Positions 27,343 to 36,657 of a DNA stretch of 64,000 nt are shown in pieces. Numbering within the stretch: the first letter of the stretch is position 1; every line of letters begins with the position of its first letter. Under the pieces are notes generated by a model, which saw only the letters and a program-made list of their open reading frames with translations, was not told the DNA's origin and did no database searches. The stretch is from a virus. Taxonomy: Duplodnaviria; Caudoviricetes. The DNA lies in the IMG/VR virus record IMGVR_UViG_3300037780_000034, positions 1-64,000 of that record; one strand, written 5' to 3'. The position numbers were made by a program, and so were the translations under genes.

Positions 27343-28587
27343 ATGAGACTTAACAAACTAAATGAAGCAAGTTATCGTCAACAAAAAAGTGAAACAGGAC
27401 GTAGTAAGTTACTGTTTGAAAATAATGAATGGTTGGTTATCATACCATTAGATAAAGATAGTAGTTGTTTTTATGGAAGTGACACTAAATGGTGTAGTGC
27501 AAAAGTATTTCATAACAAATATGAAGAATATTTTTATGATAGTGAATTAATATTAATATATTTTATAAACAAGTTGACAAATAAAAAATATGCATTAGTA
27601 GTCAACGAACGTGATCGTGAAGATATAGAGTATTTTGATGAAAATGATGAAAAAATTAAAAAAGAAAAGTTTTTAAATAATATAGGTGATATTCAACTTA
27701 GCCAAATATTAAACGATGCTTTGGGATTAGATACTGCAAAACAAGTAGAAACCAATAGAAAAAAATATCGTGAAAGTATTGCAAAAATAGACAGACTTAT
27801 GCCAAAAGTAGAAAATGGCAAACACGTTGTAGAGATAGAAAACTTATTAATATATACTAAAAACAGAAATAGAGTGTTTGAATATATTAAAAAAGTTGGA
27901 AGAAGTGATAATTACAGAGTGGAACTGCAATTTGTAGCAGTCAATATGCTCGGGAAACTGATTAAGTATTTTAAAAATCCACCAGAATTAGTTGTGTTGG
28001 AATCAATTGAACAAAATCCAAGATCAATACAATATGTAATTAATCCAAGTGAACAAATGCAATTAGCTGCTGTTGCACAAAATGGCAGTGTTATAGAATA
28101 TATAAAAAATCCAAGTGAAAAAGTTCAACTAGAAGCAGTTGGTGATGATGGATTAAGTATACGTTTCATACAAAATCCAAGTGAAGAAGTAAAGTTAGCT
28201 GCATTGTCACAAGCAGGACTTGCAATTCAATTTATTGAAAATCCAGATGAAAAATTACAGTTTACCGCAGTGAAACAAACTGGAAAAGCAATCCGTTATA
28301 TTGAAAATCCTACTGAGCGAGTTCAGATGATGGCAGTTAGTCGCAACGGATTGGCAGTTGAATATATTGAAAACCCCAGTGAACGAGTTCAAATGATGGC
28401 CGCTAGTCGTAACGGAAGAGCATTGCAGTTCTTTGAAAATCCCAGTGACAAAGTTAAAATAACTGCTCTTAAAAATAACGGAAATGCAATTCAATTCATT
28501 GAAAATCCAACAGATGTTATGAAACGAATCGCCGTTCAACAAAATCCAAATTCTTACAAATTTATAAAAAAACACGGTGGACAATAA
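27343..28587 (+). CDS. NPSExVQ repeat protein, paralog of 17593..19491
   Basis: About 24-aa repeats; MRLNKLNE start; CATAAATA at 27313-27320. Confidence 0.7.
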   Translation: MRLNKLNEASYRQQKSETGRSKLLFENNEWLVIIPLDKDSSCFYGSDTKWCSAKVFHNKYEEYFYDSELILIYFINKLTNKKYALVVNERDREDIEYFDENDEKIKKEKFLNNIGDIQLSQILNDALGLDTAKQVETNRKKYRESIAKIDRLMPKVENGKHVVEIENLLIYTKNRNRVFEYIKKVGRSDNYRVELQFVAVNMLGKLIKYFKNPPELVVLESIEQNPRSIQYVINPSEQMQLAAVAQNGSVIEYIKNPSEKVQLEAVGDDGLSIRFIQNPSEEVKLAALSQAGLAIQFIENPDEKLQFTAVKQTGKAIRYIENPTERVQMMAVSRNGLAVEYIENPSERVQMMAASRNGRALQFFENPSDKVKITALKNNGNAIQFIENPTDVMKRIAVQQNPNSYKFIKKHGGQ

Positions 28588-28588
28588 A

Positions 28589-29002
28589 ATGATTAAAAAA
28601 TACTTTTTTATGACAATGGGATTCTTATCTCTTATTATGGCGTATGTTGGTCTAGTAGTTCCTGGAATACCATTTAGTATATTCTTGGTATTTGCTGCAT
28701 ATTGCTTTTCAAAAAGCAGTAAACGTATGCACGATTGGATTTATAATCACAAACACTTTGGACCGTTTCTTACCAATTGGAGTGAAAAAAGAATATTTCC
28801 AACAAAAATGAAATATGTTATGGTTTTTGTTATGGCAAGCACTTTAGTATTCACTTGGATTACTACACACAATGTCAATGCAGTTGTGTGGTCAGGCGGA
28901 TTTATGGCCTTAGTAGCGTTATGGGCTTGGCGATTTCCAGGATCAATTGAAGAATGGAATAAAAGAAAGCAAGATGGTAAGAAGATTGGATGGTTAAAAT
29001 AA
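28589..29002 (+). CDS. YbaN/DUF454 family membrane protein
   Basis: GLVVPGIP..F..FAAYCFSKSS.RMHDWIYNHK.FGP.L.NW. Confidence 0.75.
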   Translation: MIKKYFFMTMGFLSLIMAYVGLVVPGIPFSIFLVFAAYCFSKSSKRMHDWIYNHKHFGPFLTNWSEKRIFPTKMKYVMVFVMASTLVFTWITTHNVNAVVWSGGFMALVALWAWRFPGSIEEWNKRKQDGKKIGWLK

Positions 29003-29026
29003 AAAAGGGGCAGAAGCCCCTTTTTT
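29001..29026. terminator. bidirectional terminator
   Basis: AAAAAAGGGGC-agaa-GCCCCTTTTTT. Confidence 0.8.
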
Positions 29027-29753
29027 ATCCTGTGATCATTGTTTGTCCACCGGATGCGCCGTCTTTTACTTTTTTATTGAACTGAACATTGTTTCCAGCC
29101 GCTTGACCAGCATTATATGAACTATTTTTGTCATAATAAACTTTCCGTGCGCTTGCTTTGCGAATACGCACATTATGTTCATTCAATGCCTGAACAACCA
29201 TCTGATTTTTCAAAACAACAAGTTCTGTTCCGTTGCTTTGAATATGATCGGATTTCATATCGGCAAGACGTTTCACAATGCGCTGGCTCATACCGATCAT
29301 AAAGTTTTTACGATGGCGGCGCTTGTGACCAACCAAATCAGCAGTTGACGAAAACATTTTCCATTCTGTTTCCATTGCACGCTTGCAAACTTCACGAATA
29401 TATTCAGCAAGTTCTACATCGGGGTTGTATCCGAAGAATACAATTGTTGCATCTTCATTTACTTTTTTTGTTTTGTAAACAGTGGTATCAGTGAATTTTG
29501 CAATCGCATTGGCAATGCCATAAAGATCAACTTCGTGAAGATTATTGCGACCTTCTTTGATCTTTTTTTCAGAAAAATCCGTGTTTTTGCTCGGGGTGTT
29601 CTTGATTTCTTCAAGAGTGATTCCGTGTTCTTGCATCAACCGTTGCGCCATTTGGAATGCATTGTTTGCTTCATTCTCGGTTGCTCCAGCTTCTTCATTC
29701 TGTTTCAGAAGGGCAGCAACTTTCTTCCGGATGGATTCGATATTTGCAGACAT
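29025..29753 (-). CDS. DUF2786-domain protein
   Basis: IRKKVAALL..GATENEANNAFQMAQRLMQEHGI; start reassigned to MSANI. Confidence 0.7.
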   Translation of the reverse strand: MSANIESIRKKVAALLKQNEEAGATENEANNAFQMAQRLMQEHGITLEEIKNTPSKNTDFSEKKIKEGRNNLHEVDLYGIANAIAKFTDTTVYKTKKVNEDATIVFFGYNPDVELAEYIREVCKRAMETEWKMFSSTADLVGHKRRHRKNFMIGMSQRIVKRLADMKSDHIQSNGTELVVLKNQMVVQALNEHNVRIRKASARKVYYDKNSSYNAGQAAGNNVQFNKKVKDGASGGQTMITG

Positions 29754-29792
29754 TTCATGCACTCCGTTTGGATTCGGTTTCCTTATGTAAGC

Positions 29793-29821
29793 ACCATACC
29801 AAACGATTCTGTGAGTGTCAA
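29793..29821 (-). promoter_or_regulatory. early promoter, GANTC in spacer
   Basis: TTGACA-N17-TATGGT; GATTC 29805-29809 and 29771-29775. Confidence 0.7.
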
Positions 29822-29847
29822 ACAAAAAGTAAAGGCACTGAAAACTT

Positions 29848-30105
29848 TTACGTTTCCAGTATGTTGCATATATTATCAATATAATTTTTATAATCGTGAT
29901 GAAACTTTTTAATAGAAAAAGATACTACAAAACAATTAAAAAACATAGTTAAATACAAAACAACTAATGCTTCAATAGAAAAGTTATTATTATAATATGC
30001 AACAATAAAAAGATTTACTATGTATGCTAATAAATTAACAATACATATAGATAGTTCACATAGATCAAATCTTAATCTAATAAAATTATACTTTTTGTAA
30101 ATCAT
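29848..30105 (-). CDS. membrane protein
   Basis: Hydrophobic ORF. Confidence 0.45.
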   Translation of the reverse strand: MIYKKYNFIRLRFDLCELSICIVNLLAYIVNLFIVAYYNNNFSIEALVVLYLTMFFNCFVVSFSIKKFHHDYKNYIDNICNILET

Positions 30106-30481
30106 TTAATATTGTTCCTACTTTTTTCATATCTACAAGAACACCAAAATGAGATTTTACTGCTCCCATAATTTGACCTTTGTTCATTGAAGTTAGGTCA
30201 AGCGCAGACAAAAATTCTTTTATTTGTTCATCCGTTGCCATAGAAGGAAGAAGTGATTCTAAAACTACAATTTCTTCTACATTAGAATATGAATTTTCTT
30301 TTAATTTTTGAACAGTCTTTTTTAAATACTGAATTACTTCATCATCTTGTGTATCACGGTTTCCAGAATTTTTTCCTATTTGAGAAACTTCACTCAAATG
30401 AAATTGCATAACCGGACTCAATGATGATCTTTCTTTCCGTAATTGAAGAGTTTTTGATTTTAGTTGATTCAATAGTGTCAT
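30086..30481 (-). CDS. GatB/YqeY domain protein
   Basis: LKSK.LQLRKER, LESLLPS, KGQIMGAVK..G..VDMK. Confidence 0.7.
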   Translation of the reverse strand: MTLLNQLKSKTLQLRKERSSLSPVMQFHLSEVSQIGKNSGNRDTQDDEVIQYLKKTVQKLKENSYSNVEEIVVLESLLPSMATDEQIKEFLSALDLTSMNKGQIMGAVKSHFGVLVDMKKVGTILNDLQKV

Positions 30482-30711
30482 TTTGTTTCCTTACGTTTTT
30501 CTAAAAGGTTATAATATTCTGGTTGATTTAAAACCCACATATAATATATGTATTCTTTTCTTATTTCATTTTTTAATTGTAAATTTTTTACAACAGGTAA
30601 TCTTATTTGTTTTGTTAGATTTTTTTCATCTTTAATTGCTTTTTCAAGTAATTTTAATTTTTCTTTTTTATACTCTGAATATTCTTTTTTATTTAAAAAA
30701 TTGTAATTCAA
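30478..30711 (-). CDS. hypothetical protein
   Basis: ORF in operon. Confidence 0.55.
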   Translation of the reverse strand: MNYNFLNKKEYSEYKKEKLKLLEKAIKDEKNLTKQIRLPVVKNLQLKNEIRKEYIYYMWVLNQPEYYNLLEKRKETK

Positions 30712-30721
30712 TTAATATCCT

Positions 30722-31129
30722 TTACTGGTGTAAATTAAACTTTTTTAATAGTTCTAAATCTTTTTCATTTTCGTCACAAACAAAAAACCAAGAACCAGTT
30801 AATTCTTCTGTTAAGAATAAAGTGCCATACCAATTTTTCCAAGGATATGTTGGATCAACAAAACCTCCACTAAAATCAGTTATTCTTATAGTTTCTAAAA
30901 TTTCATCTTTTGTTGCACTTAAACAAATAGTTGTTCCACAACTTATTGCACCTTTCCTCCACTCAGCTATTTGGTAAAGCAACTCAGAATATTGGTCCGG
31001 TTGAGATTCTATATGCTTTACCCAGTGTTCAAAATCACTGGCAACGTGTGCAGCTTGTGCAGCAAGTTTTCCTGGATTCATATCAGGAATGTCACTTCTC
31101 ATAATAATATATAGTATTGGTTCCATCAT
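30722..31129 (-). CDS. Pth2-family peptidyl-tRNA hydrolase-like protein
   Basis: LYIIMRSDI.DMNPGKLAAQAAH; D...T. Confidence 0.7.
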   Translation of the reverse strand: MMEPILYIIMRSDIPDMNPGKLAAQAAHVASDFEHWVKHIESQPDQYSELLYQIAEWRKGAISCGTTICLSATKDEILETIRITDFSGGFVDPTYPWKNWYGTLFLTEELTGSWFFVCDENEKDLELLKKFNLHQ

Positions 31130-31139
31130 ATCCTCTTTA

Positions 31140-31532
31140 TTAAATTTCTTCCCAATTTCCAGTTACAGGATTACTTCTGCAAACAGAATATGGTTTTATT
31201 TCTTTTATGTGATATATTTCTAGTTTTTCAAGTTCTGATTTTGTCATTTTTTTATAAGGATTGTCACGTCTTTCATATCGTGATCCAGTCCATTCATCCC
31301 AATAATCAAATTTTGCCTTATATTGTTCTATTTTTTTTGATTCACAGTTTTTCTCAAAGAAAGGACGACTATGTGGAACTTGATTTTTGTAATAGTCTTT
31401 TTGTTGTTGCTGACATTTTTTCATATCTTCAATTATAGACAAAGGTTTTCCATATTTCTCTAATCTATATTGATTTCCTTCTTTTATACTGTCAAAACAA
31501 AAGCTTATCAGTTTTATTATTTTGTCAAACAT
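31140..31532 (-). CDS. hypothetical protein
   Basis: ORF track. Confidence 0.5.
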   Translation of the reverse strand: MFDKIIKLISFCFDSIKEGNQYRLEKYGKPLSIIEDMKKCQQQQKDYYKNQVPHSRPFFEKNCESKKIEQYKAKFDYWDEWTGSRYERRDNPYKKMTKSELEKLEIYHIKEIKPYSVCRSNPVTGNWEEI

Positions 31533-31747
31533 TATATGTTATTGTCCTCATTGCAAAAACCATGTGTATTACCTTCGCTATATAAATTATATGTCAACTA
31601 TTTTCTTGAACAGTTTACTAAACATAATTTATTAGCAATTCGCATATTTTTTCTTTTGACATCAAAAGAATAATATTTGTCATTTATCCATAATTCAATC
31701 ATAAACAAGAATTGTATGTGGTTTTGCAAGACATTTACTTTTTTTAA

Positions 31748-32257
31748 TTAAATTTCTTGAAGTCTATATTTGACTCCATCAATCACAACAATTTTTCCAG
31801 AACAAGTGAGGTTCTTTTTATTAAATTCAGATTCAGTTAGCTGCTTGTCATTTATATACCACTCCTTTGTTCCATCTGGATATTCAACAGCAGGGCCATC
31901 AATACGATGAAGTTTGTCATTTATATACCACCATTTTGTTCCGTCACTATATTCAACAGCAGGGCCATCTGTTCTATGAAGTTTATCATTTTGATACCAC
32001 CTTTTTGGTCCATCTGGAAGTTCAACGGCAGGTCCATCAATGCGATGACGTTGGCCATTATGATACCAATGACGGGTTCCGTCTGGATATTCAACAGCAG
32101 GGCCATCTGTTCTATGAAGGTTGCCATTTATATACCAACATTTTGTTCCATTTGCATGTTCAACAGCAGGGCCATCTGTTCTATGAAGTTTACCGTTTTG
32201 ATACCAATGACGGGTTCCGTCATTATGGACATGAACTACATATTCTTTGTAAGACAT
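31748..32257 (-). CDS. HRxDGPA repeat protein, second family, 5 repeats
   Basis: MSYKEYVVHV head; LTESEFNKKNLTCSGKIVVIDGVKYRLQEI tail. Confidence 0.85.
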   Translation of the reverse strand: MSYKEYVVHVHNDGTRHWYQNGKLHRTDGPAVEHANGTKCWYINGNLHRTDGPAVEYPDGTRHWYHNGQRHRIDGPAVELPDGPKRWYQNDKLHRTDGPAVEYSDGTKWWYINDKLHRIDGPAVEYPDGTKEWYINDKQLTESEFNKKNLTCSGKIVVIDGVKYRLQEI

Positions 32258-32271
32258 TTTAATCTCCTTTT

Positions 32272-32850
32272 TCAAATTTCTTGGAGTCTATATTTGACTC
32301 CATCAATCACAACAATTTTTCCAGAACAAGTGAGGTTCTTTTTATTAAATTCAGATTCAGTTAGCTGCTTGCCATTTATATACCACTCATTTGTTCCATT
32401 TGCTCGTTCAACAGCAGGGCCATCACTCCGATGAAGTTTGTCATTTATATACCACCATTTTGTTCCACCTGCTTCTTCAATAGCAGGGCCATCAATACGA
32501 TGACGTTTGCCATTTATCCACCAACTTTTTGTTCCATCTGCTTCTTCAACGGCAGGACCATCACTCCGATGAAGTTTGCCATTTATCCACCACATTTTTG
32601 TTCCATCTGCTTCTTCAATAGCAGGGCCATCACTCCGATGATATTTGCCATTTTGATACCACATTTTTGTTCCATCTGGAAATTCAATGGCAGGGCCATC
32701 ACTCCGATGATATTTGCCATTTTGATACCACATTTTTGTTCCATCTGGAAATTCAATGGCAGGACCATCTGTTCTATGAAGTTTACCGTTTTGATACCAA
32801 TGACGGGTTCCGTCATTATAGACATGAACTACATATTCTTTGTAAGACAT
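32272..32850 (-). CDS. HRxDGPA repeat protein, second family, 6 repeats
   Basis: Tandem paralog of 31748..32257. Confidence 0.85.
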   Translation of the reverse strand: MSYKEYVVHVYNDGTRHWYQNGKLHRTDGPAIEFPDGTKMWYQNGKYHRSDGPAIEFPDGTKMWYQNGKYHRSDGPAIEEADGTKMWWINGKLHRSDGPAVEEADGTKSWWINGKRHRIDGPAIEEAGGTKWWYINDKLHRSDGPAVERANGTNEWYINGKQLTESEFNKKNLTCSGKIVVIDGVKYRLQEI

Positions 32851-32915
32851 TTTAATCTCCCTTGATCTACTAACTAGAGTAGACGATTAGAACAATGGTG
32901 TCAATAGTAATTATG

Positions 32916-33113
32916 TTACCCCAACATGTTTTCTTCTATAGTTTTTCTTTTTTTGCAATAAAAATCAGTCCACAATCTAAATAATAATCCAATTGCAAAT
33001 CCTGAAAATATAATTTGCCAAGCAAGTTCGGCTTGAAAAGTTGAATAGAATAACAATGCTGTAATCAAATCTGCAAACAAAAATGCAAAACAATAATCAT
33101 ACCATCTAACCAT
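32916..33113 (-). CDS. small membrane protein
   Basis: Two hydrophobic segments. Confidence 0.55.
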   Translation of the reverse strand: MVRWYDYCFAFLFADLITALLFYSTFQAELAWQIIFSGFAIGLLFRLWTDFYCKKRKTIEENMLG

Positions 33114-33126
33114 TTCAACAGTTCCT

Positions 33127-34299
33127 TTAATTATGCATAAAATTATTTAATACATCAAATACATCTTCTAATGCAGTTGTTGTATTATCTACTTTTTTTT
33201 CTATATTAATGTTACTATGAACACGAACGAAATCAGACTTACACATAGATATATTATCAACATTATACGACACTAAAAATAAACCTTTATTTTTAATAAA
33301 GTTTTTTTCATAAAATTGTTTATTATTATATACATCAATTGTTTGATATCTACTGAAAGTTTTTTTAAAATCTAAAACTTTGGTTTCATCTAAACTTATA
33401 TAACCAAAGAGTTTGCTGGGATTTCTTTTTTTGAAATTACGAGTTCCCGCAAATTCTATTAAATGCTTACTTACTCTATTTCCCAAGAAAAACTCATTTT
33501 CAATAAAATGGCATAGCTTATTATTGTAAACTTCTGTATACTCTTTTTCTTCGTCGGTGAAATACTGTATTATTTCTTCAATACTAACATCACTATACGA
33601 ATCATTATCTTGTTCATTTTTTAGATAATAATCTGGATCAAACTCAAGTTCGCTTAATACAGAAATAGCATTTTCGTATGAATATTCTAAACGATCTTCA
33701 CCTTGCTGTAGTTTAATTTCTTTTCCATACACCCCACCAATTTCTCTTTCTAATTCTTCCCAAGAATTAGGCAATCCTTTTTTTGCAATTGCAAGAGCAA
33801 TTTTTGTGTATTCAAATTTGCCTATATGGTATCCTTTGTTTTTATATTTTGAAACACGCATCAAACTGTTTAAAGGAAATTTTGTATTATGATTGAACCT
33901 CAGAGTTTTAGATGCTATATCTCCGTAGAAATCTTCGTGGAATACGTATTCTTGTGTGTCGCAATCATATGCACCCATACACACAGTAAAGTCAAAAACA
34001 TCAAAAATACTTTTTGCAGTTTCAAACCACTTAAAAAACATAATTTGAACTATAACTCGGTTTCCTGTTTTTGGGTCTTTTACATCATTAACTTTTAATG
34101 TTATAGCACGATCACTTATATTACAGATAAACGAACTATGATCTTCCATTAACACATATAATGCAGATTCTAAACCATTTTTGTTTTTTGGATACACGTC
34201 ATAATCTGCTACATCTGTTTTGGTAACAGTAGACAATATTGATCCACCTGCAATAAAACAGTTTTCAAATTCAAAAGGCATTTTTGGCAGTCTTTTCAT
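33127..34299 (-). CDS. nucleotidyltransferase (Pol-beta / CCA-enzyme head-like)
   Basis: CFIAGGSI..DYDVY and FDFTVCM motifs. Confidence 0.65.
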   Translation of the reverse strand: MKRLPKMPFEFENCFIAGGSILSTVTKTDVADYDVYPKNKNGLESALYVLMEDHSSFICNISDRAITLKVNDVKDPKTGNRVIVQIMFFKWFETAKSIFDVFDFTVCMGAYDCDTQEYVFHEDFYGDIASKTLRFNHNTKFPLNSLMRVSKYKNKGYHIGKFEYTKIALAIAKKGLPNSWEELEREIGGVYGKEIKLQQGEDRLEYSYENAISVLSELEFDPDYYLKNEQDNDSYSDVSIEEIIQYFTDEEKEYTEVYNNKLCHFIENEFFLGNRVSKHLIEFAGTRNFKKRNPSKLFGYISLDETKVLDFKKTFSRYQTIDVYNNKQFYEKNFIKNKGLFLVSYNVDNISMCKSDFVRVHSNINIEKKVDNTTTALEDVFDVLNNFMHN

Positions 34300-34312
34300 A
34301 TTATAAACTCTT

Positions 34313-35155
34313 TCATAAAAATAAGTTATCTATGCTTTCTAAAAGTTTTTTTGTATCTAAATTATTATACCATCCACTAGTAGGGACAGCATTTACTTCT
34401 ATTATTTTATATTCTTCTTTATGTTTTGCAATATCAATTACCCACTCACCACCAATATTTGAAAGATAATCACCTGCCTTTTCTGTTAACTGGACTATTG
34501 GTTTTGTAATGTGAGTAGGTAATTGTATTGTGGTATCCCACGAATATGGAACACCAGTAACAAACTGTTCATCTATATAGTAGCACCGCCATTCTACTTT
34601 GTCAATCTCTTTATAACGTGATACAGCAACTATTTCTGATTTAAATAAATTTTCTAAATTTTTGCGACAATTTATTTCAAATTGTATATCACTTGAAACG
34701 CAGTCAAATCCTGTAAATGATTTCCAAGGACTCAATGGTCTAATAAAAATTCTTTCCCAATCTTTGGGCCATACAATATGATTAGATAATATATCACCTA
34801 TAGTTGTAAAATATACCAAATCATTTAATAATAATTCTTTTGGAATTTGCGAATACCAGTGATTCATATATAGTGGATTACGAACATCATTCATAATAAA
34901 AGTATTTGGAAACAATAAACCATTTCCAATTCTTTCATATTTTTTAACTTTCAAAATTCTTGCAATTTGAATAGAAACAAATGGAATGATAATTTTATTT
35001 TGTTCTGCTGTTTCGCATATATTTGTAAAAATATTATTAATATTATCATTTCCAGAAAAGAAAGTGAAATCCCATTCATCTTTAATATATGGGGTTACTT
35101 CTTTTATTATTTCTTTTTGAAATACGAAATGTCTTTTATTTTGCTTCATAATCAT
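34313..35155 (-). CDS. ATP-grasp domain protein (R2K/DUF4343-like)
   Basis: FIRP..WKSFTG, EWRCY, VIDIA, IIEVN. Confidence 0.7.
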   Translation of the reverse strand: MIMKQNKRHFVFQKEIIKEVTPYIKDEWDFTFFSGNDNINNIFTNICETAEQNKIIIPFVSIQIARILKVKKYERIGNGLLFPNTFIMNDVRNPLYMNHWYSQIPKELLLNDLVYFTTIGDILSNHIVWPKDWERIFIRPLSPWKSFTGFDCVSSDIQFEINCRKNLENLFKSEIVAVSRYKEIDKVEWRCYYIDEQFVTGVPYSWDTTIQLPTHITKPIVQLTEKAGDYLSNIGGEWVIDIAKHKEEYKIIEVNAVPTSGWYNNLDTKKLLESIDNLFL

Positions 35156-35432
35156 AATTTATGTCGTCATCATAATCGCTGTGTCTGATATCATAAAATT
35201 TAGAATGCAAACTAAATCCAAATAAACCAATATCAAAGCCAACACCCCAATGATCTTGAGATTTGTCACTCCAAGTAAATGTTATATCAAACAATTCTTT
35301 CCAATCAAATGCATCAAGTTGGATACATATAGCTTTATTTTTTGTTATTCTTGGTTCATACCAAAAAATTGTTTTTCCTGAGTTATTTTTTACAAACGGA
35401 TTGCTAATTGTAAATCCAAAATATATACTCAT
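35136..35432 (-). CDS. hypothetical protein
   Basis: ORF in operon. Confidence 0.6.
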   Translation of the reverse strand: MSIYFGFTISNPFVKNNSGKTIFWYEPRITKNKAICIQLDAFDWKELFDITFTWSDKSQDHWGVGFDIGLFGFSLHSKFYDIRHSDYDDDINYDYEAK

Positions 35433-35860
35433 TTTATAGTCCTCTTATATTCATATTTGTCACAATCTGTTATGCCCGAAACATATCTATTTTTTATATC
35501 ATCCCAAAACAAATCATTTGGTTGGCTTATTCTATATGCAAATTTACCATCAAAATAAACTAATACTTCCCTAGACCCACTATGTTGTGATTGAATCACG
35601 ATAGTATATGCCGTAGTCATCGCCGCCCCGCCTATACCATCAAACCCTAATGATGTGCTTCCCCACGTTTGAGGAAACATTGCGACGATTGCAAATTCAT
35701 TTTTATAAGGATTTCTGGTCTTTGATTCATATATTTCTCTACCTTCTACTTTACTTTGATGCCATTGTTTTTGTTCGTAATGTATCAAACTTAAACCAAA
35801 ATGTTGAGCATGATATATACATTCACTTACTGTTTCTATAGGATTACTTAAACGATCCAT
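35429..35860 (-). CDS. hypothetical phage protein
   Basis: MFPQTWGSTSLGFDGIGGAAMTTAYT motif. Confidence 0.7.
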   Translation of the reverse strand: MDRLSNPIETVSECIYHAQHFGLSLIHYEQKQWHQSKVEGREIYESKTRNPYKNEFAIVAMFPQTWGSTSLGFDGIGGAAMTTAYTIVIQSQHSGSREVLVYFDGKFAYRISQPNDLFWDDIKNRYVSGITDCDKYEYKRTIK

Positions 35861-35912
35861 AATCTATTTCCTTTAATATCAAACTAACCCAGATTTTCCA
35901 GACCCACAAAAA

Positions 35913-36641
35913 TTATATTTTACTTTTTCCATATTCAAATTTATATGTATCTGGTATTTCTTTTAAGTCTAACAATATTTTTTCAGTTACATTATCTTTA
36001 TGAATTTTGTATAACTCTGGCCAATCTTCTGCAAACAAAATAACACTATATCTGTAGTGACCATTGCGACTACTACCGCCAGAACCAGTGTTAATTCTTA
36101 ATTCTTTTAATACTCGTGTCTCAAATGACGATGAACACTTCACTTTAAATTCAATACTTCCTGTCCAACCTGGATATCCTCGTGGCGCAGGACTTTTGTC
36201 TTTCAAAACTGTTCTTCCACCCCAATTTGTTACACCATTATGCGGACAAGTGTGAGTGTTACTACAACGTTCATTCCACGTTAATTTTAAGTATGTTATA
36301 TTAATACTAAAAATATCACGGCTTTCTTCTAACTTTTTTCTGTCACTCATAAAAGAATGTTTTAAAAGCCGATTAAATATAAATTCTGGATGCAAAGAAA
36401 TCCAGTTTATAATGTCATTAAATGTAGGTTGATTCCATAAATCTTGTTTAATTTTGTTATCAACTATTTCTCTGGCACGTTTATGCATACGGGTTTCTCT
36501 TAAATTTTTAAGATGACTTACATATGATTTTTTTGTTAAATATACCTGTTTTGTCCAAGGACATTGATATGCCTTTGTTTTTTTAGCTTCACAAATAGGT
36601 ATAACATTGCCAGCGCCTTTGTAAACTTCTATTTTTGGCAT
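35913..36641 (-). CDS. hypothetical phage protein
   Basis: SNTHTCPHNGVTNW..RGYPGWTGSI. Confidence 0.65.
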   Translation of the reverse strand: MPKIEVYKGAGNVIPICEAKKTKAYQCPWTKQVYLTKKSYVSHLKNLRETRMHKRAREIVDNKIKQDLWNQPTFNDIINWISLHPEFIFNRLLKHSFMSDRKKLEESRDIFSINITYLKLTWNERCSNTHTCPHNGVTNWGGRTVLKDKSPAPRGYPGWTGSIEFKVKCSSSFETRVLKELRINTGSGGSSRNGHYRYSVILFAEDWPELYKIHKDNVTEKILLDLKEIPDTYKFEYGKSKI

Positions 36642-36657
36642 ATCACATTTTCCTATA

